From Minisyncoccia bacterium (GTDB lineage Bacteria > Patescibacteriota > Minisyncoccia > 2-02-FULL-40-12 > IGHO2-01-FULL-4-A), in contig JBEKBN010000006.1 of assembly GCA_050015375.1 (NCBI GenBank), positions 454 to 64,453 of the forward strand: a DNA stretch of 64,000 nucleotides, in the 5' to 3' direction. Every line of letters begins with the position of its first letter. Position 1 is the stretch's first letter. Position numbers and translations under genes: made by a program. The notes beneath the pieces were generated by a model. It was given only the letters and a program-made list of their open reading frames with translations, searched no databases and had not been told where the DNA came from. This document shows, in pieces, positions 8,261 to 16,856 of the stretch.

Positions 8261-9015
8261 AGACATTAGTAGCAAACTGGAAAATGAATCCCCAAAAATT
8301 GGCTGAAGCCGAGGAACTTTTTGAATACACCATCGCCGAATCGGCCAAATATCCGAACGTCAAAACGATAATTTGTCCGCCGTTCGTCTTTATTGAGGAA
8401 TTGTCCAAATTTCTACAAACTACAAACTACAAACTACAAACTAGCATCGGTTCCCAAAATATTTTTTGGGAATCCAAAGGAGCATATACCGGTGAGATTT
8501 CCACCGAGATGCTGAAAAATTTCGGCGTTAGCCATGTTTTGGTCGGCCATTCCGACCGGCGATATGTCATCGGCGAAACGGACGAGGAAATTAATAAAAA
8601 AATAAAAGCCGCGCTTTTGACCGATATAACCCCGGTGCTTCTAGTTGGCGAGAGAGAAGGCGAGAACCGCGAAGAAATTTTGAGGAAACAATTATCCGCT
8701 GACCTGGCCGGCGTTTCGGCGCCCCATTTGGGGAAGATCCTTTTTGCCTACGAACCGGTCTGGGCAATAAGCACAAATCCGAATGCAAAACCCGATACGC
8801 CCGAAAACACTTTGAAGGCGATCACATTTATAAATAATCTTCTTGCTATCAGCTATAAACTACCAGCCATAAGCTGTCTCTATGGCGGTTCGGTCAATGA
8901 AAAAAATATCGTTGATTTTCTCAAACATCCGGAAATCTCCGGCGCCGTCGTCGGCGGAGCCAGTTTGCGAAAAGAAGAATTTGGAAAAATGTTAAACTTA
9001 GTTTCAACAATTTAA
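8257..9015 (+). CDS. tpiA: triosephosphate isomerase
   Basis: ANWKMNP...VGHSDRRYVIGETDEEI...GGAS motifs. Overlaps the dedA stop (ATGA). Contains an in-frame heptamer-repeat insertion. Confidence 0.9.
   Translation: MKTLVANWKMNPQKLAEAEELFEYTIAESAKYPNVKTIICPPFVFIEELSKFLQTTNYKLQTSIGSQNIFWESKGAYTGEISTEMLKNFGVSHVLVGHSDRRYVIGETDEEINKKIKAALLTDITPVLLVGEREGENREEILRKQLSADLAGVSAPHLGKILFAYEPVWAISTNPNAKPDTPENTLKAITFINNLLAISYKLPAISCLYGGSVNEKNIVDFLKHPEISGAVVGGASLRKEEFGKMLNLVSTI
8413..8447. repeat. (CTACAAA)x4 heptamer tract inside tpiA, in frame, encoding LQTTNYKLQT
   Basis: Four perfect CTACAAA units plus a degenerate fifth (CTAGCAT). They map to a loop that is shorter in B. subtilis TPI. Confidence 0.7.
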
Positions 9016-9078
9016 TCCAATTTTATCATATAGATATATTTCCACGATCGTGGGAATAGGTCTATATCCAAATTTCAA

Positions 9079-10248
9079 ATGATTCGTTACATTTCCGAAT
9101 TGAATAGAGAACAGTTGAACGGCAAAAAAGTTTTATTGCGGGTTGATTTTAATGTGGCGCTATCGCAACTTCCGGCTGTCAACAACCAGCCGCCGACTTT
9201 CAAAATTGCCGAGGGTTTCAGGATAAAGTCGCACAAAGAAACAATTGATTATCTGACCGGCAATGACGCGAAAGTGATGCTGGTGGCGCACATTTCGCAG
9301 ATAAACAGTTTTTTGCCGATCGTGGAAAATATCGGAGAAATTCTCGGCCAGACGCTGACCCTAGTGCCGTTGGAGCATATTTCAGATTCTGGAAAACTTT
9401 TTAGTGCCAGTTCAGTTCTTTTACTGGACAATATCCGCCAAGATTCGGGCGAAGAAAAGAATAGCGACGAATTGGCGAATAAACTGGTTCAGGGCTTTGA
9501 CTTGTATGTCAACGACGCTTTTTCGGTCAGTCATCGCAAGCACGCTTCGGTGTCGGCGGTGGCCGGAAAACTCCCGGCTTATGGCGGATTGCTGATAAAA
9601 AAAGAGATCGAGGGATTATCAAAAGCGCTCAACGCGCCGGTTCAAGGGAAAACCGTGATTTTGGGTGGCGCCAAAATCGCCACTAAGTTGCCGGTCATTG
9701 AGAATTTTTTGGACAAAGCGGAGAAAATACTAGTCGGCGGAGCGATTGCCAACAATTTTTTCAAGGCAAATGGAATTAATGTCGGCGCGTCCTTGGTTGA
9801 CGATGGCACTTTGAGTATAAAAAACCTGGATATGAATAAAATTGTTTTGCCGGTTGACGCGTTGGTTTCCGACGATAGAACCGGAAATGGTAATGTCAGA
9901 TTTGTTGACCTGAAAAAACCCGACATCGCGGCTCAAGAATCGATACTCGACATCGGCAAAGAAAGTATAGCTAACTTCACTGAGATCATCGGCCTTTCAA
10001 AAATGGTGGTTTGGAATGGACCGATGGGTTTGAACGAGGTTGAACGATTTAAAAACGGAACCAACGCTGTGGGCGTTGCGGTTTCAAAAGTCGGCTATTC
10101 TGTCATTGGCGGCGGCGACACGGTGGCGGCGCTTTCTGAAGAGATAAGATCAAAATTCACTTTTGTTTCCACCGGCGGGGGAGCAATGCTTGATTTTCTT
10201 GCCGGCAAACCCATGCCCGGACTTGTTGCTTTGGGCTATCAGGAGTAA
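9079..10248 (+). CDS. pgk: phosphoglycerate kinase
   Basis: LLRVDFNV near the N-terminus and GGGDTVAA / STGGGA near the C-terminus. Confidence 0.9.
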   Translation: MIRYISELNREQLNGKKVLLRVDFNVALSQLPAVNNQPPTFKIAEGFRIKSHKETIDYLTGNDAKVMLVAHISQINSFLPIVENIGEILGQTLTLVPLEHISDSGKLFSASSVLLLDNIRQDSGEEKNSDELANKLVQGFDLYVNDAFSVSHRKHASVSAVAGKLPAYGGLLIKKEIEGLSKALNAPVQGKTVILGGAKIATKLPVIENFLDKAEKILVGGAIANNFFKANGINVGASLVDDGTLSIKNLDMNKIVLPVDALVSDDRTGNGNVRFVDLKKPDIAAQESILDIGKESIANFTEIIGLSKMVVWNGPMGLNEVERFKNGTNAVGVAVSKVGYSVIGGGDTVAALSEEIRSKFTFVSTGGGAMLDFLAGKPMPGLVALGYQE

Positions 10249-10259
10249 GCTGAATTACC

Positions 10260-10694
10260 ATGAAGAAACTCATTATTCATTCTGACGGCGGGTCAAGGGG
10301 AAATCCTGGAGACGCAGCGATCGGCGTGGTCATTGAAGAAATCGGCGGCACGCTCAAGAAACAATACGGCGAATATATCGGCCGGGCGACGAACAACGAA
10401 GCCGAATATCAGGCGGCGATATTCGGTTTAAAAAAATTAAAACAACTTATCGGCAAAGAAGCCATCGAAACGGCGAAAGTCGAGGTCTGGGTGGACAGCG
10501 AACTCTTAGAACGCCAGATCAACGGATTTTTCAAAATTGAAGATACCAATATCCAACCGTTATTTTTGCAATTGTGGAATCTGAGAATTGATTATGGCGA
10601 CATTAAGTTCAAACACGTTCCGCGCGAGCGAAACCGCGAAGCCGATAAGATGGTCAATGCGACACTTGACAAGGAATTAAATAAGCTGATATGA
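10260..10694 (+). CDS. rnhA: ribonuclease HI
   Basis: SDGGSRGNPG...NNEAEYQAAI...VDSELL...HVPRERNREADK are RNase H catalytic motifs. Confidence 0.8.
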   Translation: MKKLIIHSDGGSRGNPGDAAIGVVIEEIGGTLKKQYGEYIGRATNNEAEYQAAIFGLKKLKQLIGKEAIETAKVEVWVDSELLERQINGFFKIEDTNIQPLFLQLWNLRIDYGDIKFKHVPRERNREADKMVNATLDKELNKLI

Positions 10695-10739
10695 TGCGAG
10701 CGGAGTTGGATTGCGAACGTTAAAAAAAAGGAGGACCCC

Positions 10740-10994
10740 ATGAGCATTTCTGACTGGCTTGTGCTTGTCGAAATTGTTGTCTTTGTGTTGACGATCCATT
10801 TTCTTTTGTATCGAAGCAGCAAGGTTTTTAAGTATAGAGGTCGGCTGTTGGATAAGATCCTCAAAATTATTCCCGAGGATCCGGATAGAGCGCTTAGATC
10901 CGTTAAAAAATTAAACTCTACGTCCTATAGTAAAATGGTTTTCGTTTTTTGGAAACCGCTGACCAGTTTTGTGAAAGAAGAAGATTTTGTCTAG
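10740..10994 (+). CDS. small hypothetical membrane protein
   Basis: Strong SD AAGGAGGA 6 nt before the ATG. One predicted TM helix. Confidence 0.45.
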   Translation: MSISDWLVLVEIVVFVLTIHFLLYRSSKVFKYRGRLLDKILKIIPEDPDRALRSVKKLNSTSYSKMVFVFWKPLTSFVKEEDFV

Positions 10995-11102
10995 ATGGCC
11001 ATTGCGCCGTCTTTTTTTATTTCAATGAAAAAATCTTGCCGAAGTTTTTGTTTTATGCTTTCATGGCTTGAGCATCATTAACAATCTTTTATGGGGTAAA
11101 AC

Positions 11103-12254
11103 ATGAAATATCGCGATCCATTGTATGGGGAATGGGAATTACCACCGGTTATTAAAGAATTGGTCCAATCTCGAGCGATGGACAGATACCGGAAGATCAC
11201 CATGTCTTTGTTGCCAAATTCCATGGAACCGCTGGGGACAATTCCAAGCCGATTTCATCATGGAATGGGCGTCTGTTTTTTGGCCCAGGTGGTCGTTGGA
11301 AATAGCATCTCATGGCCCGAAGCAGTTTTCGATCCTTTGGTACTGTTGGTTGCTTCACTGCTTCACGATATCGGCAATCCGTCTTTTCCGCATTTGTCTG
11401 AACCATTTTTAATAGAATTTTGGGGTAAAAATGGTGAAACATTCGCCGCGGACATTATCGCCGGTACGGATATTCCGGAAATTCTCGAGAAATATGATAT
11501 TCCAATCGAAAATGTTCTTGATTTCATTGCCGGAACATTAAGGCCGTATTCAGATGTTCTGAACGGTTCGCTCGATCTCGATAATCTGGACACTCTCCGC
11601 TATGATTATTTCGCGAAATTGGGTGGAATTGACTACGACCCGGTCAAGATCGCCGGAAGTTTCCGGTTTAAAAATAACCGCTGGGTTTTGGATAAAAAAT
11701 GCCAAAGCAATGTTGCCGCATGGAAAATGAATCGGGGAATGGTCTACCGTAAGATTTACAGTTCTCAACATTTGTCTGTGGTTTCAATGGTGCATCGGGC
11801 GCTTGAACTCGCGTTTTTAAAAGGCGAGCTGAACCACGATTTTTTCTTCCTGAATGACGAAGAGGCGGTCAATTTCCTTCGAACCAAATGCAATCCAAAA
11901 ACGGCTAAACTGATGGATATGGCGACGAGATGGCAGTGGTATGATCTGGCTTACGATTATCAGACGACAAATCCCAACCAATGGTTGATTAAAGCATCAA
12001 CTGGCTGGCGAAGCAGGAGGGCCTTGGCTGATGCGATCTGTTTGGACCTGCATTTGTTGCGTGAAAACGTCTGTGTTTATATCGACCGAGGGAGAGACAC
12101 GAGAAGGATCAAAATCCCATTTAGCGACGGGAAAAACCTTGTATTCGATGATGAAGTCGAGATTCCGATTTATCGAATAAAAGTATTTATGGATCCATCC
12201 ATTGGTTACACGAGAAACGATATTAAAGAAATTATTGATGACCTCATCAACTAG
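11103..12254 (+). CDS. HD-domain phosphohydrolase-like protein
   Basis: H...LLHDIGNPSFPH...D pattern typical of the HD superfamily. Confidence 0.6.
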   Translation: MKYRDPLYGEWELPPVIKELVQSRAMDRYRKITMSLLPNSMEPLGTIPSRFHHGMGVCFLAQVVVGNSISWPEAVFDPLVLLVASLLHDIGNPSFPHLSEPFLIEFWGKNGETFAADIIAGTDIPEILEKYDIPIENVLDFIAGTLRPYSDVLNGSLDLDNLDTLRYDYFAKLGGIDYDPVKIAGSFRFKNNRWVLDKKCQSNVAAWKMNRGMVYRKIYSSQHLSVVSMVHRALELAFLKGELNHDFFFLNDEEAVNFLRTKCNPKTAKLMDMATRWQWYDLAYDYQTTNPNQWLIKASTGWRSRRALADAICLDLHLLRENVCVYIDRGRDTRRIKIPFSDGKNLVFDDEVEIPIYRIKVFMDPSIGYTRNDIKEIIDDLIN

Positions 12255-12279
12255 CGGTCTTAAACAGCCGCTTTTTTTA
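12253..12279 (+). terminator. Rho-independent terminator of the HD-domain gene
   Basis: AGCGG-TCTTAAACAG-CCGCT hairpin followed by T7. Confidence 0.6.
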
Positions 12280-12281
12280 TG

Positions 12282-12311
12282 CAAAAAATCCGCTTGAAAG
12301 CGGATTTTTTG
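12282..12311 (-). terminator. Rho-independent terminator for rnpB (minus strand)
   Basis: ATCCGC-TTGAAA-GCGGAT hairpin flanked by A6 and T6. On the minus strand it is followed by a U-run. Confidence 0.55.
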
Positions 12312-12875
12312 ATGTCTTGGCAAATCTGTAAGCCGAATTCTGTTCCCCCACTTTTTGAGTTGCCCCAAAAGTGGGGGAGGCGATCATTTATCTGGTCCCT
12401 CGGTTACCCTCGGGATCTAGCGTCTCTTCCCCCACTTTTTAAGTTGCCCTAAAAGTGGGGGACACGGACTTGCACCGGGCAGGGTTTAGCGCGCATCCAT
12501 GTCGCCATGGAGCGGTCCCGTTCGGGGCCTTTTCACCCGTGATCCGCTTGCGCGGACTCGGAATAGTTTCTGTGCCACTTTCCCTGAATTTTGATAAATA
12601 ACTTTTGTCTTAAGAACAAAAACTATCCATCTTATATTCGGTGGCCATTAGCCACTGCCCTGCTTACGCAATCACCAACTGCTAATCTCTAATCTCAAAT
12701 AAAACCATTGGCGATCTTAGTTAACAATTAATGATTGCGTAAGCGGTGTTCGGACTTTCCTCCCTAAAACATTTTGCTTTCGCAAAATGTTCGGGCGATC
12801 AATTCGCAAAGCGAATTGATTTAGCCCCAAATCCAATAAGAATTCGTAGAGTAATCACCCGATTTACCAGGACTT
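12312..12875 (-). ncRNA. rnpB: RNase P RNA (bacterial type A-like) with an extended helix and twin hairpin insertions
   Basis: Reverse complement carries GGGAGGAAAGUCCGAAC (P4 5'), CAGGGCAG, AGUGGCACAGAAAC, CGCGCAAGCGGAUCACGGGUGAAAAGG, CUAAACCCUGCCCGGUGCAAG and ACAGAAUUCGGCUUACAG (J/P4 3'). These align with E. coli M1 RNA. The 5' and 3' ends are approximate. Confidence 0.8.
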
Positions 12876-12879
12876 TACA

Positions 12880-12908
12880 ATTATACCAGTATTGTGCTAT
12901 CTTTGCAA
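12880..12908 (-). promoter_or_regulatory. sigma-70-like promoter for rnpB (TTGCAA-17 nt-TATAAT on the minus strand)
   Basis: Forward-strand ATTATA at 12880-12885 and TTGCAA at 12903-12908 with a 17-nt spacer. It lies just upstream of the RNase P RNA 5' region. Confidence 0.55.
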
Positions 12909-12947
12909 TGGTTTTTTGAAATTTGAAAAATGTAAGGAGAATTCACT

Positions 12948-13151
12948 ATGGCCACTAGGAAAACAGGAAAAGAAAGAAAGATTAGGGTAACCTTAGACCT
13001 TGGGCAGAAACATTACGAGATGCTTAACGAGTTGGAAAAGATGACAGAGGGATGCAAAGCAGACGTAGTACGAAGGGCCCTGAAAGATTATTTCATGAAA
13101 TTAGCAAGTGATAAACCAGATCTGATTTCCAGATTTCACGAGATTCTTTAG
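12948..13151 (+). CDS. ribbon-helix-helix (CopG/Arc/MetJ-like) DNA-binding protein
   Basis: KIRVTLDLGQKHYEMLNELEK...KADVVRRALKDY is an RHH beta-strand plus two helices. SD AAGGAGAA. Confidence 0.6.
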   Translation: MATRKTGKERKIRVTLDLGQKHYEMLNELEKMTEGCKADVVRRALKDYFMKLASDKPDLISRFHEIL

Positions 13152-13167
13152 TGAAACTTAAGAATCC

Positions 13168-13196
13168 GCCCGTCCCCCGCGAGGAGGGCTTTTTTC
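13168..13196 (+). terminator. putative Rho-independent terminator
   Basis: GC-rich bulged hairpin GCCCGTCCCCCGCGAGGAGGGC followed by T6. Confidence 0.5.
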
Positions 13197-13267
13197 TTGC
13201 CATTGAAATTAAATTAACCCCGGTGTATATTGTACTAGCGATATTCACTTGTTCCTTGGAGGAAAAG

Positions 13268-13465
13268 ATGGCGACAGACACAATTGAGGCAACCGAGTGT
13301 ACCTGTCCAAAAACCTGCATTTGCGAGGACCCGCCCTTGACAATTGAGGTTAATGGTAGGTTAGATTTCGTTTTTGAAGGTGGCGCGTATCAGATTGGTG
13401 ATGAGTGCCCAATTCACAATAAATCTCCACAGCCAAATCCCAAGTGTCCGGTTCACGGCGGTTAG
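13268..13465 (+). CDS. small cysteine-rich protein (65 aa; motifs CTCPKTCIC and CPIH...CPVHGG)
   Basis: SD GGAGGAAAAG before the ATG at 13268. Eight Cys/His in CxC and CxxH arrangement. A strong terminator follows. Confidence 0.5.
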   Translation: MATDTIEATECTCPKTCICEDPPLTIEVNGRLDFVFEGGAYQIGDECPIHNKSPQPNPKCPVHGG

Positions 13466-13497
13466 ATGAAAAAGTTTGCTCGTTGAATATGCGCTTT

Positions 13498-13535
13498 GCC
13501 CATCCTATCTTAAAGTGATGGGCTTTTTGTTTTTG
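13498..13535 (+). terminator. Rho-independent terminator
   Basis: GCCCATC-12 nt loop-GATGGGC followed by TTTTTGTTTTTG. Confidence 0.7.
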
Positions 13536-13589
13536 TTGAATTATATGCGGTTTTGGGGTATAGTAAACCCGACCTAAAATGACTAGATC

Positions 13590-14975
13590 ATGAAAAAATC
13601 CGAACTATTTTTCAGCGCGTTGCTTTTGCCGGTGGATTTCCTGATGCTTTTGGTGGCGGGAGTCGCGACCTATTTTTTGCGTACCCGGATACTGAACGCT
13701 TTCCGGCCGGTTTTGTTCGAGTTCAATCTGCCTTTTGAAAAATATTTTCTGTTGGTCGTTTTCGTTTCCCTGATTTTCCTAGCCGCTTACGCCCTCTCCG
13801 GCTTATACAGTTTGCAGAGCACCCGCAAAACCATTGCCGAGTTTTTCCGCGTGGTCATCGCTTCTTCGGCGGCGATAATGGTGGTCATCATTTATATCTT
13901 CTTGAGTCAATCATTGTTCAATTCCAGGTTTTTGGTTCTGGGCGCTTGGTTTTTGGCAATAGTTTTCGTGTCGTTTGGCCGTCTTGTCATGCGGTATCTT
14001 CAAAGATTTTTGGTCTCAAGATATGATTTTGGGATCCACAAGGTTATGGTCATCGGCGATGACGAACTTTCCCAAAAGATCGTTGATGACATCAGAACAA
14101 ATCCCGCCTACGGTTATCGGATCGTTAAGCATTTGGCTAACCCCGAGGTCATTGAAGTTAAATTGGCCATCGGTAATCCGGGAATTGACGAGGTCATTCT
14201 CGCCAACCCGAATTATCCCGCCGACAAAGTTACCGAGATCGTGGATTTTTGTCACGAGAATCATCTGGTTTTTAAATTTGTGCCCAATCTATTTCAAACA
14301 TTGACCGCGAATTTCGCCGTTGACACTTTTTCGGGCGCGCCGTTGATAGAATTAAAACGAACCGCTCTCGATGGCTGGGGAAGGATTATAAAAAGGATAG
14401 TTGATATCTTTGGTTCGGGTATCGGACTTGTGATATTATCACCCTTTTTTCTAATCATCGCTTTCGCCATCAAATGGGAAACCGAAGGACCGGTTTTCGT
14501 TCATCTTGAACGAATCAGCCGGAACAAGCATTTCAAATTATTGAAATTCAGATCAATGATAAAAGATGCCGAGAAATACAAAGACCAGCTCTGGCAATTC
14601 AACGAGCGAAGCGACAGTCCGCTTTTCAAAATGAAAAATGATCCGCGCATCACCGGCGTCGGCAGATTCTTGCGCCGGCTCCGGTTGGATGAATTGCCCC
14701 AGCTTTATAATGTCTGGACAGGTGATATTTCGCTCGTCGGCCCGCGACCGCATCAGCCGGACGAAATCGAAAAATATCAGAAGCATCACCGACGGCTTCT
14801 GGCCATCAAAGCCGGCGTAACCGGCATGGCCCAGATATCGGGCAGTTCCGATCTGCCGTTCGAAAAAGAAGTTGCCATTGACACGCTCTACATCGAGAAC
14901 TGGTCTTTCGGGCAGGATGTTAAAATCCTGATCCTGACAATCCTCAAACTCTTCCGAGACAAATCGGCGGTTTGA
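13590..14975 (+). CDS. polyprenyl-phosphate glycosyl-1-phosphate transferase (WbaP/bacterial sugar transferase family)
   Basis: N-terminal TM helices plus the C-terminal sugar-transferase domain (IKRIVDIFGSGIGL...KFRSM...DELPQLYNVWTGDISLVGPRP). Confidence 0.85.
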   Translation: MKKSELFFSALLLPVDFLMLLVAGVATYFLRTRILNAFRPVLFEFNLPFEKYFLLVVFVSLIFLAAYALSGLYSLQSTRKTIAEFFRVVIASSAAIMVVIIYIFLSQSLFNSRFLVLGAWFLAIVFVSFGRLVMRYLQRFLVSRYDFGIHKVMVIGDDELSQKIVDDIRTNPAYGYRIVKHLANPEVIEVKLAIGNPGIDEVILANPNYPADKVTEIVDFCHENHLVFKFVPNLFQTLTANFAVDTFSGAPLIELKRTALDGWGRIIKRIVDIFGSGIGLVILSPFFLIIAFAIKWETEGPVFVHLERISRNKHFKLLKFRSMIKDAEKYKDQLWQFNERSDSPLFKMKNDPRITGVGRFLRRLRLDELPQLYNVWTGDISLVGPRPHQPDEIEKYQKHHRRLLAIKAGVTGMAQISGSSDLPFEKEVAIDTLYIENWSFGQDVKILILTILKLFRDKSAV

Positions 14976-15036
14976 CAATGGTTTCGGGTAGTAGTAACCT
15001 CTAACTAGCAATTTCACATTTTGGGAGGGGAAAGCC

Positions 15037-15546
15037 ATGGCATGGGCAACTGTCAAATCGGTCATTAAGGGTGTTTTTCTTATGTTGTTCTTTGTCGCAA
15101 CCTTGAGCTTAGCAATATTATCGGTATGTTTGTTTGTTTTGAATCCGAAACCGGCCCTGTTTTTTAATGTCGAAATTCCTGCCGGAGAGGTTTACTTGAA
15201 CGATCCAACAATACCCGGTTTCAAAGCTGATATGGCGCTTCAGAACTTTATGAAAATGAATCCCAATTCTGCGCCAATAACTTCGATTTATGGAAAGAAC
15301 GAACCTGCCAATCCTGAAGTAATTGTTGACTATTGGCTTCGACGAGACAGCGAATCGTTTTATCATGCCAGCCAGCGATTACCGGTGAAATGGTTATTCG
15401 GATTCATCATTGACCGAGTTGACCGGAATGGCCAAGTGATCATCGCCTATCCCAAACGCGATCCCGAACTTTGTATTCTTTTCCCGGGGTTGTTTCTGAT
15501 CTGTCTGGTATGCTGGATACCTATATTATTTTATAACTATCTTTGA
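15037..15546 (+). CDS. hypothetical membrane protein
   Basis: SD GGGAGGG. N- and C-terminal TM helices. No recognised domain. Confidence 0.5.
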   Translation: MAWATVKSVIKGVFLMLFFVATLSLAILSVCLFVLNPKPALFFNVEIPAGEVYLNDPTIPGFKADMALQNFMKMNPNSAPITSIYGKNEPANPEVIVDYWLRRDSESFYHASQRLPVKWLFGFIIDRVDRNGQVIIAYPKRDPELCILFPGLFLICLVCWIPILFYNYL

Positions 15547-15551
15547 TTTAA

Positions 15552-15588
15552 AAAATACAAACCGCTACGATCAAACGCGGTTTTTTTA
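15552..15588. terminator. bidirectional Rho-independent terminator between convergent genes
   Basis: AAACCGC-loop-GCGGTTT hairpin flanked by an A-run and a T-run. Confidence 0.7.
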
Positions 15589-15591
15589 TTG

Positions 15592-16833
15592 TTATTCGTA
15601 TCGCAGCGCCTCGATCGGGCTTTTCCTTGCCGCTGTCCGGGCGGGGATGATGCCGAAGGCGAAACCGATGGCCGTTGAAACCGTCACCCCCAAGATCGCG
15701 CCGGTGTAAGAAAAAATGAACGGGAAATTGATGCCCAGAAAATTATTAACAATGAAAACGGTCGCAATATTGAAAAGCGTTCCCAAGATTATACCCACCA
15801 AACCGCCGGTGAAGGTCAGCATCACCGCCTCGATCAAAAATTGAAGAAGAATGTCGTTGTTAGTAGCGCCGACGGCTTTCCGAAGGCCGATCTCTCGCGT
15901 CCGTTCGGTCACTGAGACGAACATGATGTTCATGATGCCGACTCCGCCGACGATAAGTGAAATAGCGGCGATGGACGACAAAAGCAAAGTCAAAACGGTG
16001 GTAATCGTGCCGATAGTGTTGACCAGATCAGCTTGGGTTTGGATGTAGAAATCATCTTTAACCGGGTCGGTGATGTTGTGGTCGGCCCGAAGCACGGCCG
16101 TGGCGTCGGAGATGACATTACTGATGGTGTCGGTCGAACTGGCCTGGATCATGACCCGCTGGAAATAATTGATGCCCAAAATATATTCCTGGGCCGTGGA
16201 ATATGGCGTCAAAATGGCCTCGTCAAAATTTATAATGGATGACGAACCCTTGGGCGCGACGACACCGATGATTCGCAATGACTTGTCCTTTATTTTTATT
16301 TTCTCGCCGATGGGACTTGACAGGCCAAATAATTTTTGGGCGACGGTTTGACCGATAACGGCTACAGCATTTTTGTCGGCGACATCTTCCGCCGTGAACA
16401 TCGCTCCCTCGCCGATACTGATATTAAAAAGGGCGGCCATATTTTCATCACCGCCAAGAAGCGTTGCGCTGTAAACCTCCGGGCCGTAGCTGGCGACGCC
16501 GGGGCCGGTAACCATAGCTTCAACCATGACGGCATCGGGAACATTGCTGGTTTTTTTCAAAGCGTCGATATCCCTTTGTTTTATCGAATCGGTCAGCAAA
16601 CTTCCGGCAAAACCGGACGGGCCGCTGGGCTGGCGGCCGGGCAGAATGTAAATATTGTTCGGACCCAAGCCCTGGATCTGGCCGACGATAAGTTGCTGGG
16701 CGCTTTGGCCGATGGACATTACTAAAATTATCGAAGTGATGCCGATGACAATACCCAAAATCGTCAACGCCGAACGCGACTTGTGGCTTGAAAGCCCGAT
16801 GAAAGACATTTTGACGGTATCTCTTAGTTGCAT
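15592..16833 (-). CDS. ABC transporter permease, MacB/FtsX-type
   Basis: 413 aa with an N-terminal TM, a large periplasmic domain and a C-terminal FtsX-like 3-TM bundle. Sits in an operon with an ATPase and an HlyD adaptor. Confidence 0.85.
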   Translation of the reverse strand: MQLRDTVKMSFIGLSSHKSRSALTILGIVIGITSIILVMSIGQSAQQLIVGQIQGLGPNNIYILPGRQPSGPSGFAGSLLTDSIKQRDIDALKKTSNVPDAVMVEAMVTGPGVASYGPEVYSATLLGGDENMAALFNISIGEGAMFTAEDVADKNAVAVIGQTVAQKLFGLSSPIGEKIKIKDKSLRIIGVVAPKGSSSIINFDEAILTPYSTAQEYILGINYFQRVMIQASSTDTISNVISDATAVLRADHNITDPVKDDFYIQTQADLVNTIGTITTVLTLLLSSIAAISLIVGGVGIMNIMFVSVTERTREIGLRKAVGATNNDILLQFLIEAVMLTFTGGLVGIILGTLFNIATVFIVNNFLGINFPFIFSYTGAILGVTVSTAIGFAFGIIPARTAARKSPIEALRYE

Positions 16834-16856
16834 AATTATATTTTACGGGTCAAAGA

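Noticed and set aside
8413-8447. Possible CRISPR array suggested by the short tandem repeats (also at 24166, 24454, 47781)
   Set aside because: The units are 7 nt with no spacers and sit inside ORFs or leaders. This is microsatellite-like, not repeat-spacer architecture, and no cas genes are present.
12338-12465. Two CCCCCACTTTT...AAAAGTGGGGG hairpins, first read as terminators or a dispersed repeat
   Set aside because: The conserved J18/2-P4 3' strand of RNase P RNA (ACAGAAUUCGGCUUACAG) lies beyond them at 12321-12340. They are therefore internal helices of the rnpB transcript, replacing P13/P14-P18, and not separate elements.
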